64,000 nt of DNA from positions 181,425-245,424 of the forward strand of contig MU060720.1 of assembly GCA_013265495.1 (NCBI GenBank), read 5' to 3'. Numbering within the stretch: the stretch's first letter is position 1; the number at the start of each line of letters is the position of its first letter. This DNA comes from Vicugna vicugna. Lineage: Eukaryota. Below are positions 44,672 to 57,440 of the stretch, piece by piece. The position numbers were made by a program, and so were the translations under genes. The notes under the pieces are model-generated. The model had not been told where the DNA came from, searched no databases, and was given only the letters and a program-made list of their open reading frames with translations.

Positions 44672-46821
44672 TTCTACTAGGCTGCGTCCCTGAGACCAGA
44701 GGGGCAGGGCGCCACCCCGGGAGGGCAGAGGGTGTCTGGTGACACGCAGTGAGCCGAGGGCAGTTTTCACCTGGCAGCCGGAGGTCAGGCGGCTTCGGGG
44801 AAGACAGTTTGCAAGTCAGGGGCGTCGGGGCTGCTTCTGCCCTTGGAGGTCAGTGATGGTCAGAAGCCTGTGGCCGCTCCGTGGCCGGCTGGCCTGCTGG
44901 CTGCTGAGTCAGCCCCGGGCACCCCCGTGTCCCCGGCCGGCCGGGGCTCGGTGTGTTTGCTCAGTTAGGAGTGCTGTTGACAGGAGGCCCGAGCGTGGGC
45001 GTTGGGTGGGCAGGACAGGCGCCCATGGGAGTGGCCCTGCCAGCGTTCCGTTTGTGTGGGCTGTCCGGGCGTGGTCACTGGGGTGGGGACACGCCTGCCC
45101 CAGCCCCGCCTCGAACCCCAGCGCCCCTCCAGCCCGTGTCCCCAGCCAGGGTGCCGGGAATCTGTGATGCCAGTGGTGCCGCCCCCCCTTTCTGGCTGGA
45201 AAACCCCATTCTCGCTCTATTTTTTCTAATCTGGGTTTCTCCAGGCACATCCAGCCTGCTGCGTTTTTAGGAAACGTTTACAAGGGAGGGAGCACTTTCC
45301 ATCCACCCCCGGCAGGCCGGGGGTCTCGGTGTGAGCTGGCCCTTCAGGAACAGCTCCTCGCTGGCCTGGAGTGAGTGGTTTCTGGAACTCGGCCCCAGCA
45401 GAGAAAGGGAGTCGAGGTGTCCAGAGGTTCCTGGCCGTCCAGCACCATGTTTGGCCTCTAAGTTCGAGGAGCAGGCACGTTGCTTCTCTCCCGGTCTCTG
45501 CTGCTGTAACAGGACTAAAGATCGTAGGTGCAAAGGCCCTGGCGTGGCCATCGCTTCCGAGGTCTCGATTTTCTTGGGAATAGAAACTGATTCAGTCCAC
45601 GTGCAGGGGAGTCTGTAATTAGCACAGAGGCAGATTCTTGCTGCAAGAAAAATAAAAGCAAACCTCGTTTCCTGAGAGGTTGCAAACGCCACACTTGCAA
45701 ACGTCCAAATGGAAGAAATGAGAGAGAGCGATCTCAGCATGAGTGACTTGGTGAGATGACGGGTCTCCCCTAAGAGGGACACCAGCCAAGCCCAGGCGTT
45801 TCCCGTGGTTGTGAGGCGAGCCCCTCGGCCCGAGGGAGGAGGCATCTTGGGACACTTCCAAAGCCACCTGCAGTTCCACACCTGGTCAGAGGGCGTGCAG
45901 GGCCGCTCACCCCCTGAAACAGCCTCTTTTCTGGGCCCACACCCCTTCCAGCTGCCCGGTCGGTGATGCCCCGTCCACGCCTCAGAGGCTGGGACCCCTC
46001 GGTGCATGAGACTGCGGGCACTGAGATGCCCGCCTGCTTCTGGGCACCTTGCAGGGCTGGACCAGTGCCGCTGGGCCTGTTCTCTGAACTGAAAGGTGGG
46101 CAGTTTGTCGCTGGTCCTGCATCTGGTCACTGAAAGCAGCAAGCCTGGGAGAAACGGTCTCTGACCCCTAGGCTGAGGGTCCCCAGGTGCACCGAGGGGG
46201 CGAAGGCGTGGCTGACACCCTCCCCCTGAGCCCTGTGGGCCGGGGCGTGGCCCCACAATCCCCCGGGTCCAGCAGGGGCCGGTGAGTGTTGAGGCTGCGG
46301 ACAGTGCAAAGGCCCGGGGGTCGCTCAGGGTCATCAGTCCGTGAAGAAGCAGAGACGGCAGACTATGGGGCTCAAATGGTGTCCCAGCTGGTGAGAGCTG
46401 GAGGGGACTGTCCGGAGCCAGAGGGCCACCCTGTGCGGATGTACAGGACAGTTGACACCTGGCAGTTTGGGTCACTAGAGATAATCAGTGACATAGAGAA
46501 CTTTCCGAGAGGGTTTAAAGATTCCATCTTTTCTTTACATTTCCATGAAAAAGCAATTCCTCACCATAATCCGTCCCAGCTAGCGAGGCTGAGTTAAGAA
46601 CAGTCATTGCCTGGACACCATGAGGCGTTTTCGTTCCTGGGCTCTGGGCCAGCGGGAGCGCAGGCAGGAACCGGTCACCAGTGCAGGTGTGGGGACACGT
46701 AGGACGGGGGTCACACAGTGCCCATGCCTGCTCTTCCCTTTGCCTTGGCCTTGCCAAATCGCCACAGCCACCCCAGGGCAGCCCTCGTCACACACCCGTC
46801 GCCAGGCAACTGCTCTGCCAG

Positions 46822-46905
46822 TTAGGGGATTGAAGCACAGAGAGGTTGAGTAATGCACCCAAGGCCACACAGCTGTGAGGAGTTTTAATCGGGACTCGCG
46901 CCTGG
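46822..46905 (-). mobile_element. MIR fragment
   Basis: gaagcacagagaggttgagtaatgcacccaaggccacacagct matches the MIR core in reverse. Confidence 0.6.
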
Positions 46906-47184
46906 GTGGGACTCTATGCCAGAAAGTCTAGAAGGGGACAGAAGATGTGCCCATAAATCACATCAAAGAGAAAGTTAAAACTAGCTCTGTTCCACAAGGT
47001 GGGCACAAAGGGACCACAAAGCTGCCCCGAGGAAGAGAAGGCGTGCACTGTCTCAGGGAGTCCAGGAAGAGGAGGCAGGAAGGCCCTGGGAGCGAGCGGG
47101 AGGGTGGAGGGACGGCGGGGAGGGGGACACGGCAGGGTGGGCCCTTGGCACGGTGAGTTTCACTTCTGTCTTGAAGTCATCATC

Positions 47185-47590
47185 CTTTTTAAAGTCGAGG
47201 CATGGTTTACAAACAGCAAAGTTCACTCTGTTTACCGTGCACTTCCAGGAGTTCAACGTTCTCTCCCGAAACCCCCGCTACAACTAAGATACAGAATGCT
47301 TCTGTCGTCCACACGGTCCCCGGTGCCCGCCTGCACCCTCCCCTCCCGGCTTCCCGGCACCCATCTCTGCCCAGGGTCGGAGCCCGCAGTAGAAGCCTTT
47401 GGAATGTGGGTGCCTCCACTCAGTGCTCTGGGGGCAGGTGCAGGTGGTGGTGTCGTCTGTGTCCTCATCTCGCACTCTTTCACTGGGAGGACCCTCCGCG
47501 GGGCTCGTGGTGTCCGATATGGGCATGTCTTGCTGCTGCCTGGGTTTAGCCGGGTGGCCCCGGGCCATGAGTTATTTCAGGGGCGAGCGG
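47185..47590 (-). mobile_element. Degenerate old L1M 3'UTR fragment
   Basis: tttaaagtcgaggcatggtttacaaacagcaaagttcactc...aactaagatacagaatgcttc resembles L1MB/ME. Confidence 0.45.
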
Positions 47591-48840
47591 GAGGCGGTGT
47601 TGTAGGACCAGAAGTGACCACAGTGGTCAGCAGTCTGTGTCCAGAGAAACAGCCCGGCTGTGGTGAGTCAGGGCTGGCCGGGAGCCTTCCCGGTACCCGG
47701 CCCCCCCCACCGGGTGCAGTGGATGTGGTGTGTGGGAACCCGGGAGCAGGCCGTTCATGGTCAGGACAGAAACACGCAGCCCGCCCCGGACTCCCAGCAC
47801 GCGGACAGTCCTGCCACCATCCCCCAGCGGCCTCACCGCCCAGACCGCTGTCCCCGGGCCGTGCAGCATCTCAGGATTTAGGGAGGAAAACACAGCGTGC
47901 TTAAGTGGTTTCTGAGGAGTGTGTGTGTGAGAGAGCGAGCTGCAAAGAAAACATTCAGGCAAATTCCTTTCCAAAATTAAATTGTTAATTTCACACTGAA
48001 GTGGTCGGTCAGGTTTAGAATTCCAGCGTCGTCAAAAAGGAAAGCATGGACGGCGGAGGGGGTGTGGAGGCAGGCTTGAATTCCAGGTGATCTATTCGGG
48101 AGACTTTATTCTAGGGAATACTCTGTTTTCTCCTCTGAGAAGTGGGCTTGTGGGTGCCTGCTTCACGAGAGGGCTTCGGGAGTTGGGTGAGGCCATCCCG
48201 GGAGCAGAGCAGTCCTAGGACGTGCTTCAGCGGAGCCAGGCTCCAGGACGCCGGCCACATCGCAGGAGGGGGTGTTCCCCGCGTTCCCTCTTCTTCTGAT
48301 GATGGACGTGACTCCTGCGGCCTCACCTGGATGCACCCCTTCCTGCAGTTCTGCTCCCCCTTTCTGCCTCTGCTGACCCACCAGAGGCCGGGAAGCGTCC
48401 CTGCCCCCCTCCACCCAGCCCTCCTTTCCCGGATCCCAGGCTGGTCCGCTCGCACACAGTCAGGCCTCTGCTGAATATTCCGTGTCCGCCTCCTTTCCCA
48501 GCTAACTAGCAGCTGTGACCAGCGCCAGGTGAACCTTTCTGGAGAGGAGTTTTCTGTTTTCCTCCATTGAAGACTTGCAGGGAGGCTGTGGTGAGTGCTT
48601 TTGAAATGAAAAGTTGCTTTTTAAGCGAACCTGTCGCAAAAGTACAGCATAAGCTTCGTAGACTCGATACGTAGAAGAGAGGACGGTTACAGGGAGCTTA
48701 ATGAAATCCTCAGGTTTTGCATCAGTTTTTTTGTGGGAAGTGGGGCCTGGGCAGCTGAACGTATTCCAGGTCAGTTCTGCACCTTTTTAGTGGTTGAGTG
48801 GTTGGTGCGTGCAAGGAGGTGGAGCTGAGATGCAGCCCTT

Positions 48841-49370
48841 CACACACCTGTGGGCACACCTGTGGACACACACCTGTGAGCACACCTGTGGGCACATACC
48901 CGTGAGCACACCCGTGGGCACACCTGTGGGCACACCTGTGGGTACACACCTGTGAGGACACCTGTGGGCACACACCCGTGAGCACACCCATGAGCACACC
49001 TGTGGACACACCTGTGGGTACACACCTGTGAGGACACCTGTGGGCGCACACCCGTGGGCACACCTGTGGGCGCACACCTGTGGGTGCACACCTGTGGGCA
49101 CATCTGTGGGCGCACATCTGTGGGTGCACACCTGTGGGCACACACCCATGAGCACACCTGTGGGTGCACACCTGTGGGCATACCCGTGGGCACACTCGTG
49201 GGCACACCTGTGGGCACACACCCATGAGCACACCTGTGGACACACCTGTGGGTACACACCTGTGAGGACACCTGTGGGCGCACACCCGTGGGCACATCTG
49301 TGGGCGCACACCTGTGAGCACACCCGTGGGCACACCCGTGAGCACACCTGTGGGCACACCTATGAGCACA
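48841..49370. repeat. Minisatellite of 12-15-bp units (CACACCTGTGGG variants)
   Basis: Read directly; 25 CACCTG counted; higher-order ~75-bp repeat at about 48988-49062 and 49222-49295. Confidence 0.97.
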
Positions 49371-49826
49371 GATGCACACTGATCAGTCTGTGTTCAGCTA
49401 GAATGGGGATTTTTTTTTTCACTTCCTTTGTTTTGTTTTTCCTGTCTTCCCCATTGTCTTTGCTTAGTTTTGCCGTAGTTTCTGGGTGTCTCTGTCCCTC
49501 CGGGTGAGATCGCCCCCTTTCAGCAGTCACAGGGTGAGGGGTGGGAGTCTGTCCTGCAGCCCTTCCTGGGGCAGGACTGTCCACTGGTTCTTTTCCAGAC
49601 AAGAACCTCCCTGGCGGGTCGTCAGCGGAAGCGGCCAGAGGCGTCACGCTATTTGATGGTGCACTGGGCTCTGGCTGCAGGGAAACCATTACCAGACAAC
49701 ACGCAGGCCTCCCCTGGAAGGGCCGGGGCTCCGGTGGTGGGGGCGGTGGGCAAGGGGAACGTGGAGGGAGGGGTCCATCCCCAGCTAAGATGGGCAAAGG
49801 CTCCTGTCCTGTGTCTGCAGTGGAGA

Positions 49827-49906
49827 AGCTGGGGTCTTGGGCGTGTCACTTCCCTGACTGGGGACCTGGGTCCTCATTTGCAGAATGGGGATCAATTCAG
49901 ACTACC
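49827..49906 (+). mobile_element. MIR fragment
   Basis: cttgggcgtgtcactt...tcctcatttgcagaatggggat matches the MIR core. Confidence 0.55.
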
Positions 49907-52900
49907 CCACATGCCCCTGAGCTGGACACACGGTGTTCAAACAACTCGTTCAAATGTCTGAAAGGATGCCTGGGGCAGGAGTGGACAAACCCACTTTGCA
50001 GAATTCGCGTCCTGGCCCCACACCCCCACCATGGCTTCCACCTCCCTCTGAGTTCTGAGCTGGAGCAGAGCTTCGCAGCCCCGAGCCTCCTTCCCCTGAG
50101 GGAGGCCCCTGGGGCGGGTGGTGGTGGCAGGACCCCAGCCCCAGCCATGCCAGGGACCCCAGAACGGGGTTTGAAAGTTACCTTCTGCATCAGTTTTCCC
50201 GAGCTGGGCCACAGTATAAGGGGCGCTCCGACATCAGGTAAACCGGGGTGCCCTTAGTGACTGGCCAGAGTTCTGGGGGGCTTTGCACGGCAGGAGTGGG
50301 GCTCCTGTCCCGTTTCACACGGGGGGCTTGGCAGTCGGCTCTGCAGTATCCCCCCCGGACCCCCCAGGCTCCCCGGATAAGTTGTGGGCCTGGTTATGAT
50401 TCTGGCCTCATTGCTCGCCCTGCAGTTGTCACGCGGGGGTCTCAGAAGACAGGACCCCTGCCCGGGTGGGCCAGCTCGTGCCCTGTAGGTGTGGTTAGAG
50501 GTGGGGGGACATGGGTGCAGGTGGGATGGGCGTGCCCCCCGCCTGTCTGCACCCGCCGTGTGACCTGGCCCATCTGGGGGCTGCACAGAGTGTCCCGACG
50601 CCCCTCAGACCCTGGGCCCCTCCACCTGCCTGGTGGCACATGGGGCTCACACGGCACGTATGTTCACAGCGTCCGTTTCCTTCGACATCCTGGAACCTCG
50701 CGTTGAGGGGCTTCAGCTCCTTTCCAGTCTTGTTCAGGGCATTTGAGGACCAGCCAGGAGGGTGGGGAGCGGTGGCACCCCTGGAAATGCAGCTGGCGGG
50801 GCTGTGCCGCCCGCCATGGGGAGAACTTGTTCTGATGTCCGGTGGGGAGGCCCAGGGGCTGCAGGGAGAAGGGAACGTGGGCGCGTCAACCTTCGGGAAG
50901 GATGGGCTTGTTTTAGCTTCCTTTGCCCGCCATGGCCGCTGCCCATCTTTCCATAGTGGCTCCTGGGGCTTTGCCACGTGAGAACAGGCTAGAACGTTCT
51001 GCCTCTCGGTGACTCGGTGTCCCCGGGCGCAGGGTCTCAGTGACTCGGTGCCCCCGGGCACAGGGCTGGTCCCTAATGACGGGGACACCATGGGGAGTGA
51101 AAAGGGGACTTCACTACCGGAGCCCACGCTCCTGTGGGGGTGACGTTGGGCACGTCTGTGGGATGTCACACGTTGGGGTGTGCCACAGACCAACACCCCA
51201 TGGGCGGGAAGGAAGGTCAGGAGAGCCCATCCCGAGGAGGCTCGGGAGCACGCCAGGACCGCTCTGGAGGCAGGGCACGGCTCGGGCAAAGGCCCTGGGG
51301 CAGGCGCGCCCACTGTGGTCCGGGAGCAGCAGGGTGGGCCGGGTGGCAGTGAGAGTAGGTGGGACGTGCCAGGCCTCGTCCACCCCGGGAGGAGCTTTTA
51401 GTAGTTACGGCTGGGGGCCCAGGACCTGGGGACCTCGTACGTGTCCTCTCATTCTTGTAACTGCACTGAAGGATGCAAATAATCTTTCCCCGTCGTAACA
51501 GGAGAGTCGGGGGCTTGAACATTCATGTCGTGCCCAGAAAGGCAGAGCCAAGGCAGAACAGGACCCCCCCCCCCGAGGCTGTCGGGGAAATCGGGCATCT
51601 CGTTTGTCCATCGGGAAAGTCAGTCGGACTCCTTTGGCCAGGAATGCACGGCGGGGGCGGTGGGTGCCGGGGGCCCTTTCCTCCTCGCACCCCCCAGTCC
51701 GACTCCCCCTCCCTGGGGGCGCAAAGCATGGACGAGGCCCCGACAGCCCCCGCCCCCCCCCGGGGGGGGCCCTGTGAGCTACAGGGAGCTTTGGAAGGTT
51801 GGGCGGGCCTGTCGTGAGGGTTCCCTGATTTGGTTCACATTCTGCTGTAGATGTGACATTCACCGGGCGTTTTCTGCTGCAGGCGGTGATCTGTCTGCAC
51901 GGTAGGAAGTTGGGAAGAGTCCGTGGAGGCATCTGGCTGGGTCCCGAGCTCCCGAGGACGGCAGCCTGTGCCTGCCCGGCCGCATGGGCCAGGGAGACCC
52001 TGGTCTGGACACTCAGCCCCCTGCTTACTCTGGGCAGCCGTCATGTTTTTATCTTGTGTTCACTCTTATTGTAAGATTTCTCCTACCTATGCAAATAACA
52101 AGAATGAGATTCCTCGTAGCTCCCCGGCCAAGGGACTGTCCCGTCCTGCCTCCCGCAGGCCCTCCCGGACCTGCCGTCCTTGGCCTGGGGCTGCCCTGGG
52201 GCCCCAGTCAGACTGGTGACCCTGCGCTTGTGGGCACCGCCCTAACTCAGATCAGAGGCATTTTCACCCAGCTCATTCTTGGCTTCTTTTTTTTTCCCCC
52301 TTAACTCGTTGTGACGGCCCATTTTCATTCCAATTCAGGGAGAGGGACGTGGACGCCCAGCCTTTGTGCTATGACATCTGTTTCTAGAAATCGCAGACTC
52401 CCACCGACCCCGCCCCTCGCCCATCCAACTGCGAGGCTGGTGGTCTCTCCTCTGGCCGCCCGCCCTCCCGGGCCTGGCGCTGGTCCGACCCTCCGTTCTG
52501 GGGGGCCTGGGGTTCTCAGGGAGCGGAGTGTCGTCCCCGCTCACACTCAGCAGAAGAGACGAGAGACCTGGCCCCTGGTCTTCGTGCTGGTTGCGTTTTC
52601 CTGGCCACCCTAGCAGGTCTCTCTCCGAAGCCAGGTTAAGCTGGTGTTTCCTCAGGGCTAGAAGGACACTGGTCCACGAGCTGTGACCTCTGGACCCACG
52701 CTCGGCAGACGCAGGGCGGTGGCCCCGGTGCGGGGCGGGGTCGAGCCAGGACATGAACGGCGGCTGTCTGATCTTCAGCTCCGGCCCTCCTGCATGACCC
52801 GACAGTGACCTGAGTGATGACCTGGAGATGCACATGCAGGTCCATGTGGCACCTTCACGGTGGTGGGGGTGACGCCTGCAGGTGCTTGCTCCGGGTGCTC

Positions 52901-54143
52901 AGTCCAGCCGCTCCCCTGAGGCACGCACGTCACCAGGTGCCCGTCTATGACCTGGTTTATGGACAGCGCTGTGTGTGCCGTTTCTCCGCCCAGCTCTCCC
53001 CGCCAGGCACGGCTTTAGGCTGAGTCACTGAGATTCCACCTCGGCCAGGACCCCAGTGTCCGCTGTCCGCATCACTTCTCACCCTGCTTCCCCTGGGGTG
53101 CAGTTGAAACGGGAAGGAAGTCCAGGGCCGCGCCTGCCCTCAGCCCCACACCCTGCAGAACCCATAGGTCTCTGTGCTCAAGTGTCACCTCAGCGCCTTC
53201 AGAAAAGCTGGAGCCACTGACGGTGCAGCACACCCAGCGCACTGGGCCCCTGCGGAGCGAGCGGCTCCAGGCCCCGTGGCCGCTGAGACTCAGCACCCCC
53301 CGGGGCCCACACGGCACGGGTCAGGCCCTTGCTTGGAATGCAGTTTCATGGTTGGGGAAACGGGGACAGAGGAGGGTGGGGGGGAGGTGCTGACGGCAGG
53401 CCTCTTGCCTGTGGGGTGCCCTCTCTCCCGGTGACCGGGGACTTCGGCAGCGGTTTGGGGCTGTGGGGGGATGGCTGACTGAGCGGCGCAGTCTCCCATT
53501 AGAGGCCCGGCTCTGTTTTCCCGGCCATCCCGATGCGTGGAGGTCCGTGCTTCCAGACCTGGTCCAGTGTTCTCAGGCTCTGCCCTGCGTTCACTGGCAC
53601 CTTCCGGGCCCAGAGATGCTGCACTTCCGGAAGGCCCGAGGCCTTCCACCGAGTTCCGTTTTAGATTTCAGCAGCTCCCGACTCAGACGCTCTGTTTGCT
53701 AGGACTTTGGTACCCAGCGCCCTGGGAGGCGCTCAGCAGAGTTGGCAGGAGCTCCCTCTTGTCTGACGCACGCCGTCCATGCCTGAATCCGGGGGGTTTG
53801 TGAGCTGAGCTGAGCTCAGCGTTCAGACGAGGGGTGACGTTAACAGTGAGTCCTCCAGTCGGGTGACGCCGAGGGTGGAGAATCCCATAGCTCTCTGAGG
53901 GACCCCATACCCTTTGCATGAAAAGGTGGAGACGAGTCTGGGACCGAGACGTGTGAGCGTGCTAACTGCTTTTCCTTGGCGTTCACGTCGCGGGGCGCAT
54001 GCAGAGCTCTGGGGAGTCTCTGGCCCTGACTGTGCCGGGTTGTCTGCTGTGAGGTTATTTACTTCTTCAGTCAGATGAGCAGACCCCTTCCAAGAGCCCG
54101 GAGCGCCTTTCATCCCTGACTCACCTCGTTTTCTCCCCACCAG

Positions 54144-55385
54144 TGCTGCACACGCAGGGCCCCGTTGACGGCAGCCTTTACGCCAAGGTGAGGAAGAAGA
54201 GCAGCTCGGACCCCGGCGTCCCCGGCGGGCCCCCGGCCGTCCCCGCCGCCAGCAGCCCGGACCACAGCGACCACACCCTGTCCGTCAGCAGTGACTCCGG
54301 CCACTCCACGGCCTCGGGGAGGACCGACAGGACCGAGGAGCACCCGGGCCCAGGACCCAAGAGGGGCCTGAGCCCCCAGGAGAAGGCCGAGCTGGACCAG
54401 CTGCTCAGCGGCTTTGGCCTGGAGGACTCCGGGAGCCCCCTGCAGGACATGAGCGATGGCCGCAGCAAGTGCGGCGGGACCCGCCACGTGGTGCCGGCCC
54501 AGGTGCACGTGAATGGGGACGCTGCCCCCAAGGACCGGGAGACGGACATTCTGGACGACGAGATGCCCGGCCACGATCTGCGCAGCGTGGACAGCACAGG
54601 GACGCTGTCCTCCTCGGAGGGCCACGCGTCCGCCCACCTGGGCCCCTTCACCTGCCACCAGAGCAGCCAGAACTCGCTCCTGTCAGACGGGTTTGGCAGC
54701 AGCGCCGGCGAGGACCAGCACGGAGCCCCTGCCCCCGACCTGGGCCTGGGCGGGGACCCCCTGTACGAGCGCGAGCGGGCCTTCGGGGGCCGCGAGCCCA
54801 GGCCGCTGCAGCCCGTGCTCAGGAAGCCCCCCGCGCCCGCCCCGACGCAGGCCTACGGGCAGAGCGGCTACTCCACACAGACCTGGGTGCGCCAGCAGCA
54901 GATGGTGGCCGCCCACCAGTATGGCTTCGCCCCCGACGGGGAGGCCAGGCTCGGCGGCCGCAGCCCGGCGCAGACCCAGCCCAGGGTCCCGGTCACCCCG
55001 ACCCGGGGGACCAGCAGTCGAGTGGCCGTCCAGAGGGGCGTGGGCCCCGGGCCACATCCCCCCGACACGCAGAGACCCCCTCCCGGCAGAGCGGCCTTCA
55101 AGCCCAGGGCTCCGGACGTCAGCGTCGTGAATGGCGCCGTCCCAGAGCTGAGCGCAGACCTCTCCCCGGGCTCCCCAACCCTGGACATCGACCAGTCCAT
55201 CGAGCAGCTGAACAGGCTGATCTTGGAGCTGGACCCCACCTTCGAGCCCATCCCCACCCACATGAGCGTGCCAGGCAGCCCGGCCAATGGCCCCGCGCCC
55301 CCGGATGGCGTGGGAGGTGGGCTGCGGGCCAGCGGCCACCTGCAGGACGTTGGGGGAGGCCCTGGCAGGGGCCCCACGAGACAAG
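54144..55385 (+). CDS. TNS3: Large TNS3 linker exon ([19 protein letters not shown]...GPGRGPTRQ-G)
   Basis: Acceptor ttttctccccaccag, donor AAG|GTGAGC; 1242 nt, phase 1-1; lies inside ORF 54143..55624. Confidence 0.96.
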
Positions 55386-57143
55386 GTGAGCTGGCGTTTC
55401 GCGGGAGCTGTGCTGGTCCGCGTCTGAGTTTGCAGGATGCCTGGCTCCTTACTGCATCTGGAGCACAGGGTCATGGGGGCAGGGGAAGAACCGCCCATCC
55501 GGGTGTGGGAGATTCTCCGAGCCGGGACTGGGGGAGCTGTTCCTGGGGCAGCAGCCTACGAGCCAGAGAGAGAGGGTCTCAGGGGAGCGGTGACCCGGGG
55601 GCAGGTCCAGAGAGTCGGGACTGAGAGGTGCAGCGGGAATCCAGGACACGGAGCAGTGGGGGCCGTGCTCTGTGGTGGCCGGGGCTGGCAGGCTGTCACC
55701 CCGGGACATGGCGGTGCAGCGGCAGTGCCAGGCCTTCCTGTCCCGCTGGGAGGCCTGGAAAGGCCGGGGTGGCTGTGGTGGACAAGGTGACCTGGGTGCA
55801 TAGCTGCGTGGACGTGGGGGCAGGCTTTGGGGTCTGAGACAGGCTCTTCATGGTGGGAGACACAGGCCGTGGGGCCCAGGAGAGGTGGCCAGGGCGGCCT
55901 GGAGGAGAGGGCACTGGGACAGAGTGGGGGCGTCTGGCTCCAGGAACGATGTGAAGCCACAGGGGAAGGTGTGTCTAGAAGCTTCCACATGGAGGAGAAT
56001 GGGGCCGGGTCGGGCTTCCAGGCGTGGGTGCCCTGAGGCCTGGGGAGGTGGAGGGAGAGGCGCTGCGAGGACCCAGAGGCCACCTCGGGGCTGGATGTGG
56101 GGCGCCCGGTGAGGCCAGGCCGTCCCTTCAGTGTCAGCGTGCCCGTATGTCCCCATCTGGGGCGTCACTGGTTCCCTGGTGGCCCTGCCTCTAAATCTGA
56201 GGACAGGAAGGGTGAGGAAGGAATGGCTCCACGGCTGCCTCCTGCTCCCGAGTCTGCCCGCGTGCCGGCTGAAATCCGAGCCGGGATCACCGATGGGGAC
56301 GGACCGCGCTGCCCTGTCCTCAGGCCCTTCGTCCTCTGAGGCCCCTCGGTGCAGGGACCTCCCGTCTCACAGTGGAGCCTCTGGAGGTGTCAGTTAGTGG
56401 CCCGCCCAAGGTCACACGGGTCGTTGGCAGAGAGCAGGAATCGGCCCCTGTGGCTGCACCCAGGGGCCCTGCCCGCTTGGCGGTCCAACGGGGAGGATTT
56501 CAGACCCTCCCGGGTCCAGGTGGCCGGGGGAACCTCAGCTCTGCAGACCTGGGTCCTGTTGAGGGTGCCCTGTGTGACTTGAGTGAAGGACTTCTGTTCA
56601 CTCCATCTGTTAAAAGAAACCCTGTCCCGTGCCCGGGTGATGGGCGGGCCAGGGAGCGTGGGTCTGCACGCAGTGTCCTGCACCTGCATCAGGAGTGACA
56701 TCCCGGCCCCCCGAGCACCTGCGACCCTGGGTGTCGGTGCGCTGAGCTGGGCGAAGCTGGAGGGGTCCCCGGGAGGAGCTGACTACAGCCATGATGGCAG
56801 CAGCTGAATACGGCCGGGCCCGGGTGGGAGGGTTTGCCTGGTGGACTCGCTCGGTCAAGTACGTTCAGGAGATTCTGAGTTTAAAACACGCTTCAGTGGG
56901 AATAAAACTGTCTCAGCTCGCTGAACCTACTCAAAAGAAAGCACTTGGGAAAGTTAAAACCAGAAATCTTATTTTTCCTTCGATTGAAACCTCCTTTGAG
57001 ACCTGGAGGAGGTCGGAAGCATGCGAGTATATTGGGGGAAAGAAGTCCAAGGCTCCGGTTACTGTCTGATGGCCTCTCTCTCCCGTGATGGGTGTCAGTC
57101 CTCATGACGGGCGTGAAGCAGAGAGCCCGGGGTTTGAGGTAGT

Positions 57144-57440
57144 CCCTCATCTTCTCCCCTTCCAGGTCTTCATCTCTTCCCCTTCCAGGTTCTCATCTCC
57201 TCCCCTTCCAGGTCCTCATCTCCTCCCCTTCCAGGTTCCTCATCTCTTCCCCTTCCAAGTCCCTCATCTCCTCCCCTTCCAGGTCCTCATCTCCTCCCCT
57301 TCCAGGTCCTCTCATCTCCTCCCTTCCCATGTCCTCATCTCCTCCCCTTCTAGGTCCTCATCTCCCCTTCCAGGTCCTCATCTCCTCCCTTCCCACGTCC
57401 TCATCTCCCCTTCCTGGTCCCCATCTCCTCCCCTTCCAGG
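57144..57440. repeat. Pyrimidine-rich ~23-bp minisatellite (CCTCATCTCCTCCCCTTCCAGGT), 13 units
   Basis: Read and counted directly. Confidence 0.97.

Larger units (their letters stand above)
1..55385 (+). other. TNS3: TNS3 (tensin-3) gene, partial: upstream exons plus exons encoding PTP-like domain, C2 domain and first part of linker; continues beyond both window ends
   Basis: 12 exons with GT-AG boundaries join in one frame: [37 protein letters not shown]...HCRGGKGRIG...[31 protein letters not shown]...LDIDQSIEQLNRLILELDPTFEP. This matches recalled human TNS3 rather than TNS1 or TNS2. Confidence 0.97.

Noticed and set aside
48722-49507. Repetitive Cys/His-rich ORFs and a CRISPR-like periodic appearance
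   Set aside because: Translation of a minisatellite; there are no unique spacers, no cas genes, and the context is eukaryotic.
52814-52919. Possible box C/D snoRNA (GTGATGA..CTGA), also 9710-9754 and 7456; I recall human TNS3 hosting SNORD151
   Set aside because: No terminal stem, no C'/D' boxes, or wrong spacing. An Infernal/Rfam search would settle it.
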